From assembly GCF_963378105.1 (NCBI RefSeq), contig NZ_OY726398.1, positions 4,459,230 through 4,491,229 of the forward strand: a stretch of DNA of 32,000 nucleotides. The letters run 5' to 3'. The position numbers were made by a program, and so were the translations under genes. This document shows positions 8,059 to 16,849 of the stretch, in pieces. The DNA comes from [Mycobacterium] holstebronense (lineage in GTDB: Bacteria > Actinomycetota > Actinomycetes > Mycobacteriales > Mycobacteriaceae). Position 1 is the stretch's first letter. Every line of letters begins with the position of its first letter. The notes under the pieces were generated by a model, which saw only the letters and a list, made by a program, of their open reading frames with translations, was not told where the DNA came from and searched no databases.

Positions 8059-9255
8059 TCAGCCCAGCGACGCCAGCGCCCGAACCAGCTGGTCGACTTC
8101 GGCCATCGTCGAGTAGTGGCCCAGCCCGACGGTGACCGCTCCCCCGATGTCATTGACGCCGATCGCGTCGAGCACCCGGGACCCGGCATTGGCGATCGCC
8201 AGCACACCGTTGTCGGCCAACCGCTGCACCACTCGTTCGGCCGGCACCTTCTGTACTGCGAAGCTGACCACCGGGATGCGCGCCTCGGGCTGGCCGATCA
8301 GCATCACCAGCGGCAGCGACCGCAAGGAACTCAGCAGGTACTCGAACAGCCGGTTCAGATACGCCGCGGCAGACTGCATCGATACCGCCAGCCGCTCGCG
8401 GCGGCTACCCCGGGCCGACTCGTCCAGCGACGCCAGATACTCGACACTGGCCACCAGCCCCGCCAGCAGACCGAACTGGTGCAGGCCGACTTCCAATCGG
8501 GCCGGGCCCACGGCGTGCGGGTCCAGCGACACCGACCCAAACGTGTCGATCAGCGCCGGGTCGCGAAAGACCAGCGCGCCCACCGGCGGCCCGCCCCAGG
8601 AGGCCGCGTTGACGGCCACCACGTCCGCCTCGACCTCGTTGATGTCGAGTAGTTGGTACGGCGCCGTGGCCGAGTGGTCGACGACGGCCACGCCGCCCAC
8701 ATCGTGGACCAGCTTGGTGACCGGCCGAAGATCGGTGACGGTGCCCAGTACCCCCGAGCCCGAGGTGAGTGCCACCAACCGGGTAGACGGGGTGATCAGG
8801 TTCTCCCACTGCCAGCTGGGCAGCTCCCCGGTCTCGATGTCGACCTCGGCCCACTTGAGCTTGGCGCCATAAAGGTTGGCAGCCCGCACCCAGGGGGCGA
8901 TGTTGGCCTCGTCGTCGAGACGGGTGACCACCGTCTCGTAGCCCAGGCTCACCCGCGACGACGCGGCATCGGCCAAAGCGCTCAACAACACGGCGCGATC
9001 GGGACCCAGCACCACCGCGGCAGACTCCGAGCCCACCAGATCGGCCACCGCCTGGCGGGCCGCGACCAACACCGCGGCACTGCGGCGGGCCGCCGGGTGC
9101 GGGCCGACCGCCTTCGCCAACGATCCCCGGAACGCGGTCGACACGGTGGTGGCCACCGAGTCCGGAATCAACATGCCCGACGACGAATCGAAATGAACCC
9201 ATCCGTCACCGAGCGTCGGGTGCAATCCGCGCACGCGAGCGACGTCATAGGCCAT
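8059..9255 (-). CDS. Class-V aminotransferase / cysteine-desulfurase-like protein, Rv3778c orthologue
   Basis: From ATG 9255 ([13 protein letters not shown]...) the protein is 398 aa, the length I recall for Rv3778c. It is colinear with and divergent from the Rv3779-like gene as in Mtb, and ends ...[19 protein letters not shown]. The track ORF start at 9387 adds 44 implausible residues. Confidence 0.85.
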   Translation of the reverse strand: MAYDVARVRGLHPTLGDGWVHFDSSSGMLIPDSVATTVSTAFRGSLAKAVGPHPAARRSAAVLVAARQAVADLVGSESAAVVLGPDRAVLLSALADAASSRVSLGYETVVTRLDDEANIAPWVRAANLYGAKLKWAEVDIETGELPSWQWENLITPSTRLVALTSGSGVLGTVTDLRPVTKLVHDVGGVAVVDHSATAPYQLLDINEVEADVVAVNAASWGGPPVGALVFRDPALIDTFGSVSLDPHAVGPARLEVGLHQFGLLAGLVASVEYLASLDESARGSRRERLAVSMQSAAAYLNRLFEYLLSSLRSLPLVMLIGQPEARIPVVSFAVQKVPAERVVQRLADNGVLAIANAGSRVLDAIGVNDIGGAVTVGLGHYSTMAEVDQLVRALASLG

Positions 9256-9361
9256 GCCAGCCACCTTAAAACTTCTCAAAATCGATCGGTGAACGTCTCG
9301 GATAACGAGATAGCTCCCCCGCAATACGGAGCCAGGCCACCTTGGCAGACATACTAGTGCA

Positions 9362-11314
9362 GTGCTTCTGGGCTTCGGAATGGTCACGGCGCTTTTGCTG
9401 CTGGTGCTTCCGGGTGCGCTCGTAGCGGCCGGCGCCGGGTTGAACTGGCCATTAGCCGTGGCGGTCGGCCCGGCGCTTACCTACGGAATCGTAGGCCTGG
9501 CCATCGTCCCTTTCGGCGCTATCGGAATCCCTTGGAACGCAACCACTGCAGCGGCTGCATTGGTGGTGGTCGGCGTCGCGGTGTGCGGCTTGGCGAGGGG
9601 AATGCGATCTTTGCTGGGGCGCCGTCCCGGCATCCATGTGGCGGCCCCCTCGCCGGCACTGTGGCCGATACTCACGGTGGCCGCCGGAACGCTGCTGGGG
9701 GTATTGCTGATCGGCTGGGCCGCGCTGCGGGGAATCGCGGACTGGCAGAGCATTCCCAGCACCTGGGACGCGGTGTGGCACGCCAACACCGTCCGATTCA
9801 TCCTCGACACCGGCCAGGCCTCACCAACTCACATGGGCGAGCTGCGCAATGTCGAAACCCACGCCGCGCTGTATTACCCGTCGGCATTCCACGCGCTGAC
9901 CGCGGTGCTGTGCCAACTGACCGGCGCCGCACCCACGACCGGCTACACCCTGGCCGGGCTGGCCGCCTCGGTGTGGCTGTTTCCGGTCAGCGCAGCGCTG
10001 CTCACCTGGAATCTGCTGCAGCGGGTGACGAGCACCGCTGTGACGGCGGTGTCGGCGGGCACCGCCGCCGCGCTGTCGGCGTCCTTCACCGCGCTGCCCT
10101 ACGTCGAGTTCGGCACCGCCGCGATGCCCAATCTGGTGGCTTACGGGCTGGTGGCGCCGGCCTTCGCGCTGATCACCGCGGTCCGCATCCTGCGGGACCG
10201 GATCTGCGTGGCGGTGCTGGCGCTACTGGGCGTGTTCTCGGTACACCTGACCGGGGGCGTGGTCACGGTCTTGCTGGTGGCGGCCTGGTGGCTGAGTCCC
10301 TCCGACGGTGCGCTGTGGAATCCGCTGCGCGGGAAGCGACGGGACACCCTCGCCCTGGCCGGGGTCCTGATCCCGACCGGGCTGCTGCTGTTGCCGCAGC
10401 TGCTGAGCGTGCGCAAGCAGGCCGAGATCATCGCCGGGCACGCGTTTCTGACCCACGAGGGCCGCAAGTCGGGTCTGCGCGACGCGCTGCTGATGCACAC
10501 CCGCCACCTCAACGACTTTCCGATCCAATACGCGCTGGTGGCGCTGGCCGCGGCGGGGGCAGCAGTGCTGGTGGCCCGCAAGGTGTGGTGGCCGTTGGCG
10601 CTGTGGGCGGTGCTGGTGGTGGCGGTGGTGCAGTCCTCGGCTCCGCTCGGCGGCCCGGTAGGCAACGTGGTGGGCACGTTCACCGACCTGTTCTACAGCG
10701 ACCCGCGCCGAATCATGGCGGCGATGACGCTGCTGTTGGTCCCGATGGCCGGAGCGGGCCTGGCGGCGCTGGCCGCGTTCGTTTCCAAGCCGGCGGGAGT
10801 GCGGGCGCGGCCGGTACTGACCGGGCTGCTGCTGGTGACCGCGACGGTCGGGCTGGCCTGGCATTACCTGCCGCGGCACGCGTTCTTGTTCGGCGACAAG
10901 TACGACTCGGTGATGGTCGACTCCCGAGACCTGCGGGCGTACGCCTACCTGGCCGACCTGCCCGGGGCCCACGACACCGTGATCGGCAACGCCAACGTCG
11001 ACGGCAGTGCCTGGATGTACGCAGTCGCCGGCCTGCACCCGCTGTGGACGCACTACGACTACCCTCAGCAGCAAGGCCCCGGCCCGGAGCGGTTCATCTT
11101 CTGGGCATACGCCGACGACGCCGACACCGATCCGCGAGTGGCGGCTGCCGTGCACGACCTCAATATCCGCTACGTGCTGATCAGCAGCCCGACGGTCCGC
11201 GGGTTCACCCTGCCCGACGGGCTAGTGTCACTGGAGAAATCGCGGTCCTGGGCCAGGATCTACGACAATGGCGGGGCGAGTATCTACGAATGGCAAGGAG
11301 AGACAGCGCGGTGA
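9362..11314 (+). CDS. Polytopic membrane glycosyltransferase (GT-C type), Rv3779 orthologue
   Basis: GTG start. The 650-aa protein has many Ala/Leu/Val-rich hydrophobic segments followed by a C-terminal soluble domain. Its position directly upstream of bpa matches Mtb Rv3779, reported as the arabinogalactan galactosamine transferase. Confidence 0.85.
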   Translation: MLLGFGMVTALLLLVLPGALVAAGAGLNWPLAVAVGPALTYGIVGLAIVPFGAIGIPWNATTAAAALVVVGVAVCGLARGMRSLLGRRPGIHVAAPSPALWPILTVAAGTLLGVLLIGWAALRGIADWQSIPSTWDAVWHANTVRFILDTGQASPTHMGELRNVETHAALYYPSAFHALTAVLCQLTGAAPTTGYTLAGLAASVWLFPVSAALLTWNLLQRVTSTAVTAVSAGTAAALSASFTALPYVEFGTAAMPNLVAYGLVAPAFALITAVRILRDRICVAVLALLGVFSVHLTGGVVTVLLVAAWWLSPSDGALWNPLRGKRRDTLALAGVLIPTGLLLLPQLLSVRKQAEIIAGHAFLTHEGRKSGLRDALLMHTRHLNDFPIQYALVALAAAGAAVLVARKVWWPLALWAVLVVAVVQSSAPLGGPVGNVVGTFTDLFYSDPRRIMAAMTLLLVPMAGAGLAALAAFVSKPAGVRARPVLTGLLLVTATVGLAWHYLPRHAFLFGDKYDSVMVDSRDLRAYAYLADLPGAHDTVIGNANVDGSAWMYAVAGLHPLWTHYDYPQQQGPGPERFIFWAYADDADTDPRVAAAVHDLNIRYVLISSPTVRGFTLPDGLVSLEKSRSWARIYDNGGASIYEWQGETAR

Positions 11315-11868
11315 CCACCAGCGGCAGCAGCGCAGACGGCATGGACAGCGCCGGTGGCGTCGAGATCATCAGCGGCGCCGACCCGCGGCTGCTGGCGGCT
11401 GGGCTCAACGGCTCCACTGACGCCGCCGATGATGACGAGGCGTCGCTGACCGACCTGATCGAACAGCCCGCCAAGGTGATGCGGATCGGCACCATGATCA
11501 AGCAGCTGCTCGAAGAAGTCCGCTCGGCTCCCCTGGATGAGGCCAGCCGGATTCGGCTGCGCGAGGTCCACTCCGCCAGCATTCGCGAGCTCGAGGACGG
11601 CCTGGCCCCGGAGCTGCGCGAGGAGCTGGACCGGCTGACACTGCCGCTACGCGAGGACGCCACACCGTCGGACGCCGAACTACGGATCGCCCAAGCCCAG
11701 CTGGTGGGCTGGCTGGAGGGCCTGTTCCACGGCATCCAGACCGCGTTGTTCGCCCAGCAGATGGCTGCCCGGGCGCAGCTGGAGCAGATGCGCCACGGCG
11801 CCCTGCCCCCTGGCGCCGGCGGGCCCGGAAGTCACAGCCAGGGCCACGGCTCCGGCCAGTACCTGTAA
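11311..11868 (+). CDS. bpa: Bacterial proteasome activator Bpa/PafE (Rv3780 orthologue)
   Basis: This is the in-frame tail of track ORF 9532-11868. GTG 11311 overlaps the upstream TGA (GTGA). The sequence ...EQPAKVMRIGTMIKQLLEEVR...LVGWLEGLFHGIQTALFAQQMAARAQL...GSGQYL* carries the C-terminal GQYL motif that docks Bpa on the 20S proteasome. An alternative ATG start lies at 11341. Confidence 0.9.
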   Translation: MTTSGSSADGMDSAGGVEIISGADPRLLAAGLNGSTDAADDDEASLTDLIEQPAKVMRIGTMIKQLLEEVRSAPLDEASRIRLREVHSASIRELEDGLAPELREELDRLTLPLREDATPSDAELRIAQAQLVGWLEGLFHGIQTALFAQQMAARAQLEQMRHGALPPGAGGPGSHSQGHGSGQYL

Positions 11869-11887
11869 GCCAGCCAGCGGAATTGCC

Positions 11888-12697
11888 GTGTCTGACAACG
11901 ATCCTCGTATCGAAACCCGCGACGCCTGGGTCGAGTTCCCCATCTTCGACGCCAAGGCACGATCGCTGAAGAAGGCGTTCCTCGGCAAGGCCGGCGGGGC
12001 GATCGGGCGCAACAACTCCAATGTGGTGGTGGTCGAGGCGCTGCGCGACATCACCATGTCACTGTCCTTGGGCGATCGCGTCGGTCTGGTGGGGCACAAC
12101 GGCGCCGGAAAATCCACCCTGCTGCGGCTGCTTTCGGGAATCTACGAGCCGACTCGCGGGTCGGCATCGGTGGTCGGGCGGGTGGCGCCGGTCTTCGACC
12201 TGGGTGTGGGTATGGACCCGGAGATCTCCGGCTACGAAAACATCATCATCCGGGGGTTGTTCCTCGGACAGACCCGCAAACAGATGGCCGCCAAGGTTGA
12301 CGAGATCGCCGAATTCACCGAGCTGGGCGACTATCTGGCGATGCCGCTGCGCACCTACTCCACCGGTATGCGGGTGCGGTTGGCGATGGGCGTGGTCACC
12401 AGCATCGACCCGGAGATCCTGCTGCTCGACGAAGGCATCGGCGCGGTGGACGCCGAATTCTTGAAGAAGGCCCAGACCCGGCTGCAGAAGTTGGTGGAGC
12501 GGTCCGGGATCCTGGTGTTCGCCAGCCATTCCAACGAATTCTTGGCTCGACTGTGCAAGACCGCGATGTGGATCGACCACGGCACCATCCGGATGACCGG
12601 TGGGATCGAGGAGGTGGTCGGCGCCTACGAAGGCCCGGATGCGGCCCGGCACGTACGCGAGGTGCTTGCCGAGACGCAGGCCGGGGATCAGCCGTGA
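11888..12697 (+). CDS. rfbE: ABC exporter ATP-binding subunit (Wzt/RfbE, Rv3781 orthologue)
   Basis: GTG start, 269 aa. It has Walker A GHNGAGKST, the signature YSTGMRVRL and Walker B ILLLDE, and is syntenic with Mtb. Confidence 0.9.
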   Translation: MSDNDPRIETRDAWVEFPIFDAKARSLKKAFLGKAGGAIGRNNSNVVVVEALRDITMSLSLGDRVGLVGHNGAGKSTLLRLLSGIYEPTRGSASVVGRVAPVFDLGVGMDPEISGYENIIIRGLFLGQTRKQMAAKVDEIAEFTELGDYLAMPLRTYSTGMRVRLAMGVVTSIDPEILLLDEGIGAVDAEFLKKAQTRLQKLVERSGILVFASHSNEFLARLCKTAMWIDHGTIRMTGGIEEVVGAYEGPDAARHVREVLAETQAGDQP

Positions 12698-13614
12698 CCG
12701 AAACCGTCTACGCCGTCGTCGTCACCCACCGGCGGCCCCAGCAGCTGGCCGAGTCACTGAAGGCGCTGACAACCCAGACCCGGGCACCCGACCACGTGAT
12801 CGTGGTCGACAACGACTTCGGCTCTGGTGACCCGACGGTCGCCGAGCTGGTGGCCGGCCAACCGGTGCCGTGCACCTACCTCGGGTCGCGACGAAACCTG
12901 GGCGGCGCAGGAGGTTTCGCGCTGGGCATGCTGCACGCCCTGGCCGCCGGCGCGGATTGGGTATGGCTTGCCGACGACGACGGCCGTCCGGCGGACGCCG
13001 GCGTCCTGTCGGCGCTGCTGGACTGCGCGGCCAAACATCGGCTGGCCGAGGTGTCCCCGATGGTGTGCAACATCGACGACCCGTCCCGGCTGGCCTTTCC
13101 GCTACGACGCGGGCTGGTGTGGCGGCGCGAGGTCGGCGAATTGCGCAGCGGCGCATCGGATGAGGATCTGTTGCCCGGAATCGCGTCGCTGTTCAACGGG
13201 GCACTGTTCACCGCGGATGCCCTGGACGCGGTCGGTGTGCCGGACCTGCGGTTGTTCATGCGCGGCGACGAGGTGGAAGTACATCGCCGGCTGGCTCGGT
13301 CCGGACTGGCATTCGGGACGTGCCTGAACGCGGCCTACTTGCACCCGTGCGGTTCGGCGGAGTTCAAGCCGATCCTTGGCGGCCGGATGCACGCCCAGTA
13401 CCCGGATAGCGCCGCCAAACGTTTCTATACCTACCGCAACCGCGGCTATCTGATGGCTCAGCCCGGCATGCGCCGGTTGCTGGTCCAGGAATGGCTGCGG
13501 TTCGGCTGGTTCTTCCTGGTGTCGCGCCGCGACCCGGCCGGCCTGATGCAGTGGGCCCGGCTGCGCCGACAGGGACGCCGAGAACAGTTCGCCAAACCGG
13601 AGGGGCAGCAGTGA
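12694..13614 (+). CDS. glfT1: Galactofuranosyltransferase GlfT1 (GT2, Rv3782 orthologue)
   Basis: GTG 12694 overlaps the rfbE stop (GTGA). The 306-aa protein starts VTETVYAVVVTHRRPQQL...VIVVDN...LADDDG (GT-A DxD region). Length and position match Mtb GlfT1. The track ORF start at 12553 lies inside rfbE. Confidence 0.9.
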   Translation: MTETVYAVVVTHRRPQQLAESLKALTTQTRAPDHVIVVDNDFGSGDPTVAELVAGQPVPCTYLGSRRNLGGAGGFALGMLHALAAGADWVWLADDDGRPADAGVLSALLDCAAKHRLAEVSPMVCNIDDPSRLAFPLRRGLVWRREVGELRSGASDEDLLPGIASLFNGALFTADALDAVGVPDLRLFMRGDEVEVHRRLARSGLAFGTCLNAAYLHPCGSAEFKPILGGRMHAQYPDSAAKRFYTYRNRGYLMAQPGMRRLLVQEWLRFGWFFLVSRRDPAGLMQWARLRRQGRREQFAKPEGQQ

Positions 13615-14441
13615 GCTTCGACGACGTTGCCGCGCAGTCCAAGACGTTTGCGCGGGCACGGGCCGATCTGGTGGACGGGTTCCGCCGCCACGAGTTGTGG
13701 CTGCACCTGGGCTGGCAGGACATCAAGCAGCGCTATCGGCGCAGTGTGCTGGGCCCGTTCTGGATCACCATCGGCACCGCGACCACGGCGGTGGCGATGG
13801 GCGGCCTGTACTCCAAGCTGTTCCACCTCGACCTGGCGGTGCACCTGCCGTACGTGACGCTGGGGCTGATCGTGTGGAACCTGCTCAACGCCGCCATCCT
13901 GGAGGGCGCCGACGTGTTCGTCGCCAACGAGGGACTGATCAAGCAGTTGCCGACGCCGTTGAGTGTGCACGTCTACCGGTTGGTGTGGCGCCAGATGATC
14001 CTGTTCGCGCACAACATCGTCATCTATCTGCCGATCGCGCTGATCTTCCCGAAACCCTGGTCGTGGGCGGATCTTTCGGTGATTCCGGCACTGCTGCTGA
14101 TCGCCCTGAACTGCGTATGGGTGTCGCTGTGCTTCGGAATTCTGGCCACCCGCTACCGCGATATCGCTCCACTGTTGTTCTCGGTGGTGCAGCTGCTGTT
14201 CTTGATGACGCCGATCATCTGGAACTACGACACCCTGCGCGCTCAGGGAGCGTCACGCTGGACGGCGGTGGTGGAGTTCAACCCGCTGATGCATTACCTG
14301 GACCTGGTGCGGCTGCCGCTGCTGGGGGCGCATCAGCCGCTGCGGCACTGGGCAGTGGTGCTGGTGCTGACCGTGGTCGGCTGGGCGGTGGCGGCGCTGG
14401 TGCTGCGCCAGTACCGGGCCAGAGTGGCGTACTGGGTGTAG
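13611..14441 (+). CDS. rfbD: ABC-2 type exporter permease (Wzm/RfbD, Rv3783 orthologue)
   Basis: GTG 13611 overlaps the glfT1 stop (GTGA). The 276-aa protein contains WLHLGWQDIKQRYRRSVLGPFWITI, the typical ABC-2 permease N-terminal motif, followed by multiple TM segments. Confidence 0.9.
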   Translation: MSFDDVAAQSKTFARARADLVDGFRRHELWLHLGWQDIKQRYRRSVLGPFWITIGTATTAVAMGGLYSKLFHLDLAVHLPYVTLGLIVWNLLNAAILEGADVFVANEGLIKQLPTPLSVHVYRLVWRQMILFAHNIVIYLPIALIFPKPWSWADLSVIPALLLIALNCVWVSLCFGILATRYRDIAPLLFSVVQLLFLMTPIIWNYDTLRAQGASRWTAVVEFNPLMHYLDLVRLPLLGAHQPLRHWAVVLVLTVVGWAVAALVLRQYRARVAYWV

Positions 14442-14474
14442 CGCCGCACCGGGGCCGCCCCTACGCTGATAGCA

Positions 14475-14484
14475 CTGATATCAG
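14475..14484. promoter_or_regulatory. Perfect 10-bp palindrome CTGATATCAG overlapping the vapB SD; candidate antitoxin operator
   Basis: The palindrome is read directly from the sequence. It overlaps AGGAGG (14483-14488), which lies 9 nt before ATG 14498. Autoregulation of type II TA operons at palindromes is the general rule, but this site is untested. Confidence 0.3.
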
Positions 14485-14497
14485 GAGGTGAGCGCTG

Positions 14498-14722
14498 ATG
14501 GCTGACATTCTCATCCGAGGGTTGTCAGACACGACCGTCGCGCAAATCGACACCGAGGCGGCTGCCCAGGGACTCTCCCGCAACGAATACCTGCGCCGTA
14601 GGTTCGAAGCGGAGCGGTCAGCCGATGGCGGCGCTCGGCTGACAGTCGCGGACCTGCGTCGTGCCGCCGAAGCTGCTAGGGATCTCGACGATCCGAACGT
14701 GATGGAAGCTGCCTGGCGGTGA
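14498..14722 (+). CDS. vapB: Ribbon-helix-helix antitoxin (VapB-type, FitA/Arc-like)
   Basis: The 74-aa protein starts MADILIRGLSDTTVAQIDTEAAAQGLSRNEYLRRRF, an RHH pattern. It has a strong SD and a 4-nt overlap with the PIN gene. Confidence 0.75.
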   Translation: MADILIRGLSDTTVAQIDTEAAAQGLSRNEYLRRRFEAERSADGGARLTVADLRRAAEAARDLDDPNVMEAAWR

Positions 14723-15123
14723 CGACCTGGCTGATCGACAAGTCCGCCTACACGCGACTCGGGGAGTCTCCTGATGCACAGGAATGGGCGGATCGGATCG
14801 GACGCGGCGTGGTCCGCATCAGCACCGTGACGCGACTCGAGATCGGCTATTCCTTTCACAATGCGGAACAAGCACGCCACGAAACCCTCTCGCCCCCACT
14901 GTCTCTCATGCCGTTGGAGTATGTGACTCCGGCGGCCGAGAACCGCGCAATTGCGACTCAACTGCTGCTGGCCGATCGCGGCCAACATCGAGCACCGTCC
15001 GTTCCTGACCTTCTTGTGGCTGCTATAGCAGAAACCGCCGGCCTAACGGTCCTGGCGCTGGATAGGGGCTACGAGTTGATCGCCGACCTAACCGGACAAC
15101 CCATCGACCGGCTTCGGCTCTGA
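14719..15123 (+). CDS. vapC: PIN-domain toxin VapC
   Basis: GTG start within GTGA, 134 aa. Conserved acidic positions are in the usual PIN order: LIDKS, RLEIGYS, VPDLLVAA, LALDRGYE. Confidence 0.8.
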   Translation: MTTWLIDKSAYTRLGESPDAQEWADRIGRGVVRISTVTRLEIGYSFHNAEQARHETLSPPLSLMPLEYVTPAAENRAIATQLLLADRGQHRAPSVPDLLVAAIAETAGLTVLALDRGYELIADLTGQPIDRLRL

Positions 15124-15132
15124 CCGCGGGGT

Positions 15133-15496
15133 TCAGTCGCCGTCGCAGCGGTAGGCGCTGATCACGTCGGGATCGGGATCGGGATCGATGCCGAGGCCCG
15201 ATCCGTGCGGCACGGTGATCCGCCCGTCCGTCGTCGGCGTCGCGACCCAGACACAGCGGCGTGATGAGATCGACCAGCGCGTGGGCGGCCAGGCTGGCAC
15301 CGCGCCGGCCGAACGCCTCGGCCCAACCCACCATGCTGTCGTCGGTGGTCTCCTTGACCAGTAGTGAGTCCGCGCTCGACAGCTTTTCACTCCACAGCGT
15401 GGCGCCGGGCAGGCCCGGTTTGAGCGGAACCCGCAGCGGGACGACCTCGATTCCGGCAATGCTCCTGGCTATCCATGTATCCATGCATGTATACAC
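15133..15496 (-). pseudogene. Remnant of an enolase-superfamily (mandelate racemase / muconate lactonizing enzyme) gene with a large internal deletion and frame change
   Basis: One minus frame gives an MR/MLE-like N-terminus: IAGIEVVPLRVPLKPG...SLLVKETTDDSMVGWAEAFG...LVDLITPLCLGRDA. A different minus frame gives the typical C-terminus: GRITVPHGSGLGIDPDPDPDVISAYRCDGD*. The junction lies near 15225-15240, and about 250 residues of barrel domain are missing. Confidence 0.6.
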
Positions 15497-15506
15497 GGAT
15501 ACATGG
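15473..15506. promoter_or_regulatory. Inverted repeat CCATGTATCC-N14-GGATACATGG overlapping the second vapB start codon; candidate operator
   Basis: The arms at 15473-15482 and 15497-15506 are perfect complements. The spacer ATGCATGTATACAC itself contains the palindromes ATGCAT and GTATAC. The right arm contains ATG 15503. Confidence 0.35.
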
Positions 15507-15748
15507 CCACCAAGACGATCTCGATCGACATCGAGGCATACGAGCGGCTCAGAGCAGCTCGCCGCTCACCGGACGAATCGTTCTCCCGTGTCATCAAGCG
15601 CGCGCACTGGCGCAACGAGGCTCGTACCGCGGGCGCACTGCTGGCAGCGTTGGCCGCGCTGCCGGTTGCCACCGAGGACGAACTCGAACGCCTCGACGAG
15701 GCGCAGCGGATGGACTTCCCCCCGGATGATCCGTGGCGCCCCGCGTAA
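15503..15748 (+). CDS. vapB: Antitoxin of the VapB/DUF217-like type (putative antitoxin family common in archaea)
   Basis: The 81-aa protein starts MATKTISIDIEAYERLRAARRSPDESFSRVIKRA, matching the M.KTI.I.d.vYe.L...k....SFSevI pattern of that family. It overlaps the downstream PIN gene by 16 nt. Confidence 0.7.
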   Translation: MATKTISIDIEAYERLRAARRSPDESFSRVIKRAHWRNEARTAGALLAALAALPVATEDELERLDEAQRMDFPPDDPWRPA

Positions 15749-16137
15749 GCGTCGACACGACGTTCCTTATCGACTTGCGGCGAGAACAGGCTGCCGGGAC
15801 TCCGGGTGGGCCGGCGCATCGGTTCTTAGGCGAGTCGCCCGATACCGAATTGTTCCTCTCGACCGTTGCACTCGGTGAATTTGCCGCGGGGTTCGAGCGC
15901 AGCGACGATCCGATCATCGTCGGCGTGCGCGAACGCCACGTCCTCGTTCCGGTCGACGATGCTGTCGCGCTCACCTATGCGGAAGTCTCCCAGGATCTGC
16001 GCCGCCGAGGGAACATGATCGGCAGCAATGACCTATGGATCGGCTGCACCAGCCTTCGTCTCGGAATCCCGGTTCTGACCCACAACGTCGCGGACTTCCG
16101 CCGGATCCAGGGACTCGGAGTCATCTCCTACCGCTAA
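15733..16137 (+). CDS. vapC: PIN-domain toxin VapC (second, unrelated module)
   Basis: GTG start, 134 aa. PIN acidic positions are VDTTFLID, ALGEFAAG, SNDLWIG and THNVADF. Confidence 0.8.
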   Translation: MAPRVSVDTTFLIDLRREQAAGTPGGPAHRFLGESPDTELFLSTVALGEFAAGFERSDDPIIVGVRERHVLVPVDDAVALTYAEVSQDLRRRGNMIGSNDLWIGCTSLRLGIPVLTHNVADFRRIQGLGVISYR

Positions 16138-16186
16138 GACCCCGCCGCGGCGCTGTGCCACCGACTGGGTGTAGCGGCCCCGCGGA

Positions 16187-16849
16187 TCAGGCGATCAGGT
16201 CGCCCAGGCCCAGATCGGGAAGCACGACGTCGAAACCGTCCGCGGGCAGCGCGGTGTCAAAACCGTCTGCAGGGAGCACGCCGTCAAGGCCAACCGGAGT
16301 GAATACGTCATCCCAACTGCCGGCGTGGAATATGTCGCCCAAGCCGGTCAGGCCGATGGCCTCACTGGAGCCGGGATCGAGCAATTCACCGGTGAACCAG
16401 TTGCGGGTTTCATACCAGTCCAAGAGGTTGCCGGCCAGATTCGATACGGCGTCGAAGGCCGTGCCCAACAAGGTGACGGTGTCCACGACACCCTGCCAGC
16501 CTTCGGTGATCAGCAGCAGTGGCGCGCCGAACACCAGCGTCAGTGGGATAACCACGAACAACTCGCCAAGCGCCTCGAGGCTGATGACGAATGGGAACAG
16601 CGGATTGCCCGGGTCGTCCAGGAACGGGATGATCCAGCTCAATCCGGTTAGCGCACCGACGATGTCCATCAAGCTGGAATCGGCGGACAGTGCGGTCAGT
16701 TCGACCGGGGTGAAGACCGCCGCTGACGGAAGAGTCACCGGGGACGCTGCGGCGGGAATAGGTGTGACGGCGCCGGCCGTCAACGCGACCACACCAGCGG
16801 TTGTAACGCTGGCGATGGCCCGAGAATATCCGTTCGACGCAGTCCACAT
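16187..16849 (-). CDS. Small acidic membrane protein; possible repeat-less relative of the GLG-repeat proteins
   Basis: The minus frame has C-rich third positions and hydrophobic segments (AIASVTTAGVVALTAGAVTPI; LGELFVVIPLTLVFGAPLLLI) and ends ...LPDLGLGDLIA*. The start is uncertain: ATG 16849 is preferred and ATG 16951 is possible; neither has a clear SD. The opposite-strand ORF 16035-16991 is S/P/R-rich junk. Confidence 0.6.
   Translation of the reverse strand: MWTASNGYSRAIASVTTAGVVALTAGAVTPIPAAASPVTLPSAAVFTPVELTALSADSSLMDIVGALTGLSWIIPFLDDPGNPLFPFVISLEALGELFVVIPLTLVFGAPLLLITEGWQGVVDTVTLLGTAFDAVSNLAGNLLDWYETRNWFTGELLDPGSSEAIGLTGLGDIFHAGSWDDVFTPVGLDGVLPADGFDTALPADGFDVVLPDLGLGDLIA

Noticed and set aside
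7776-9387. N-terminal extensions of the track ORFs (FAAL to 7910, aminotransferase-like to 9387, GLG-A to 3138) and the small ORF 7917-8207
   Set aside because: The extensions are Arg/Cys/Ser-rich and are absent from the expected orthologue lengths. The internal ATGs give lengths that match Mtb (398 aa for Rv3778c) or have better SDs.
9532-11310. The first approximately 590 codons of the 778-aa plus-strand ORF 9532-11868
   Set aside because: This part is out of frame with and overlaps the polytopic Rv3779-like CDS, and it translates to Arg/Gly/Ala junk. Only the last 185 codons, from GTG 11311, correspond to Bpa.
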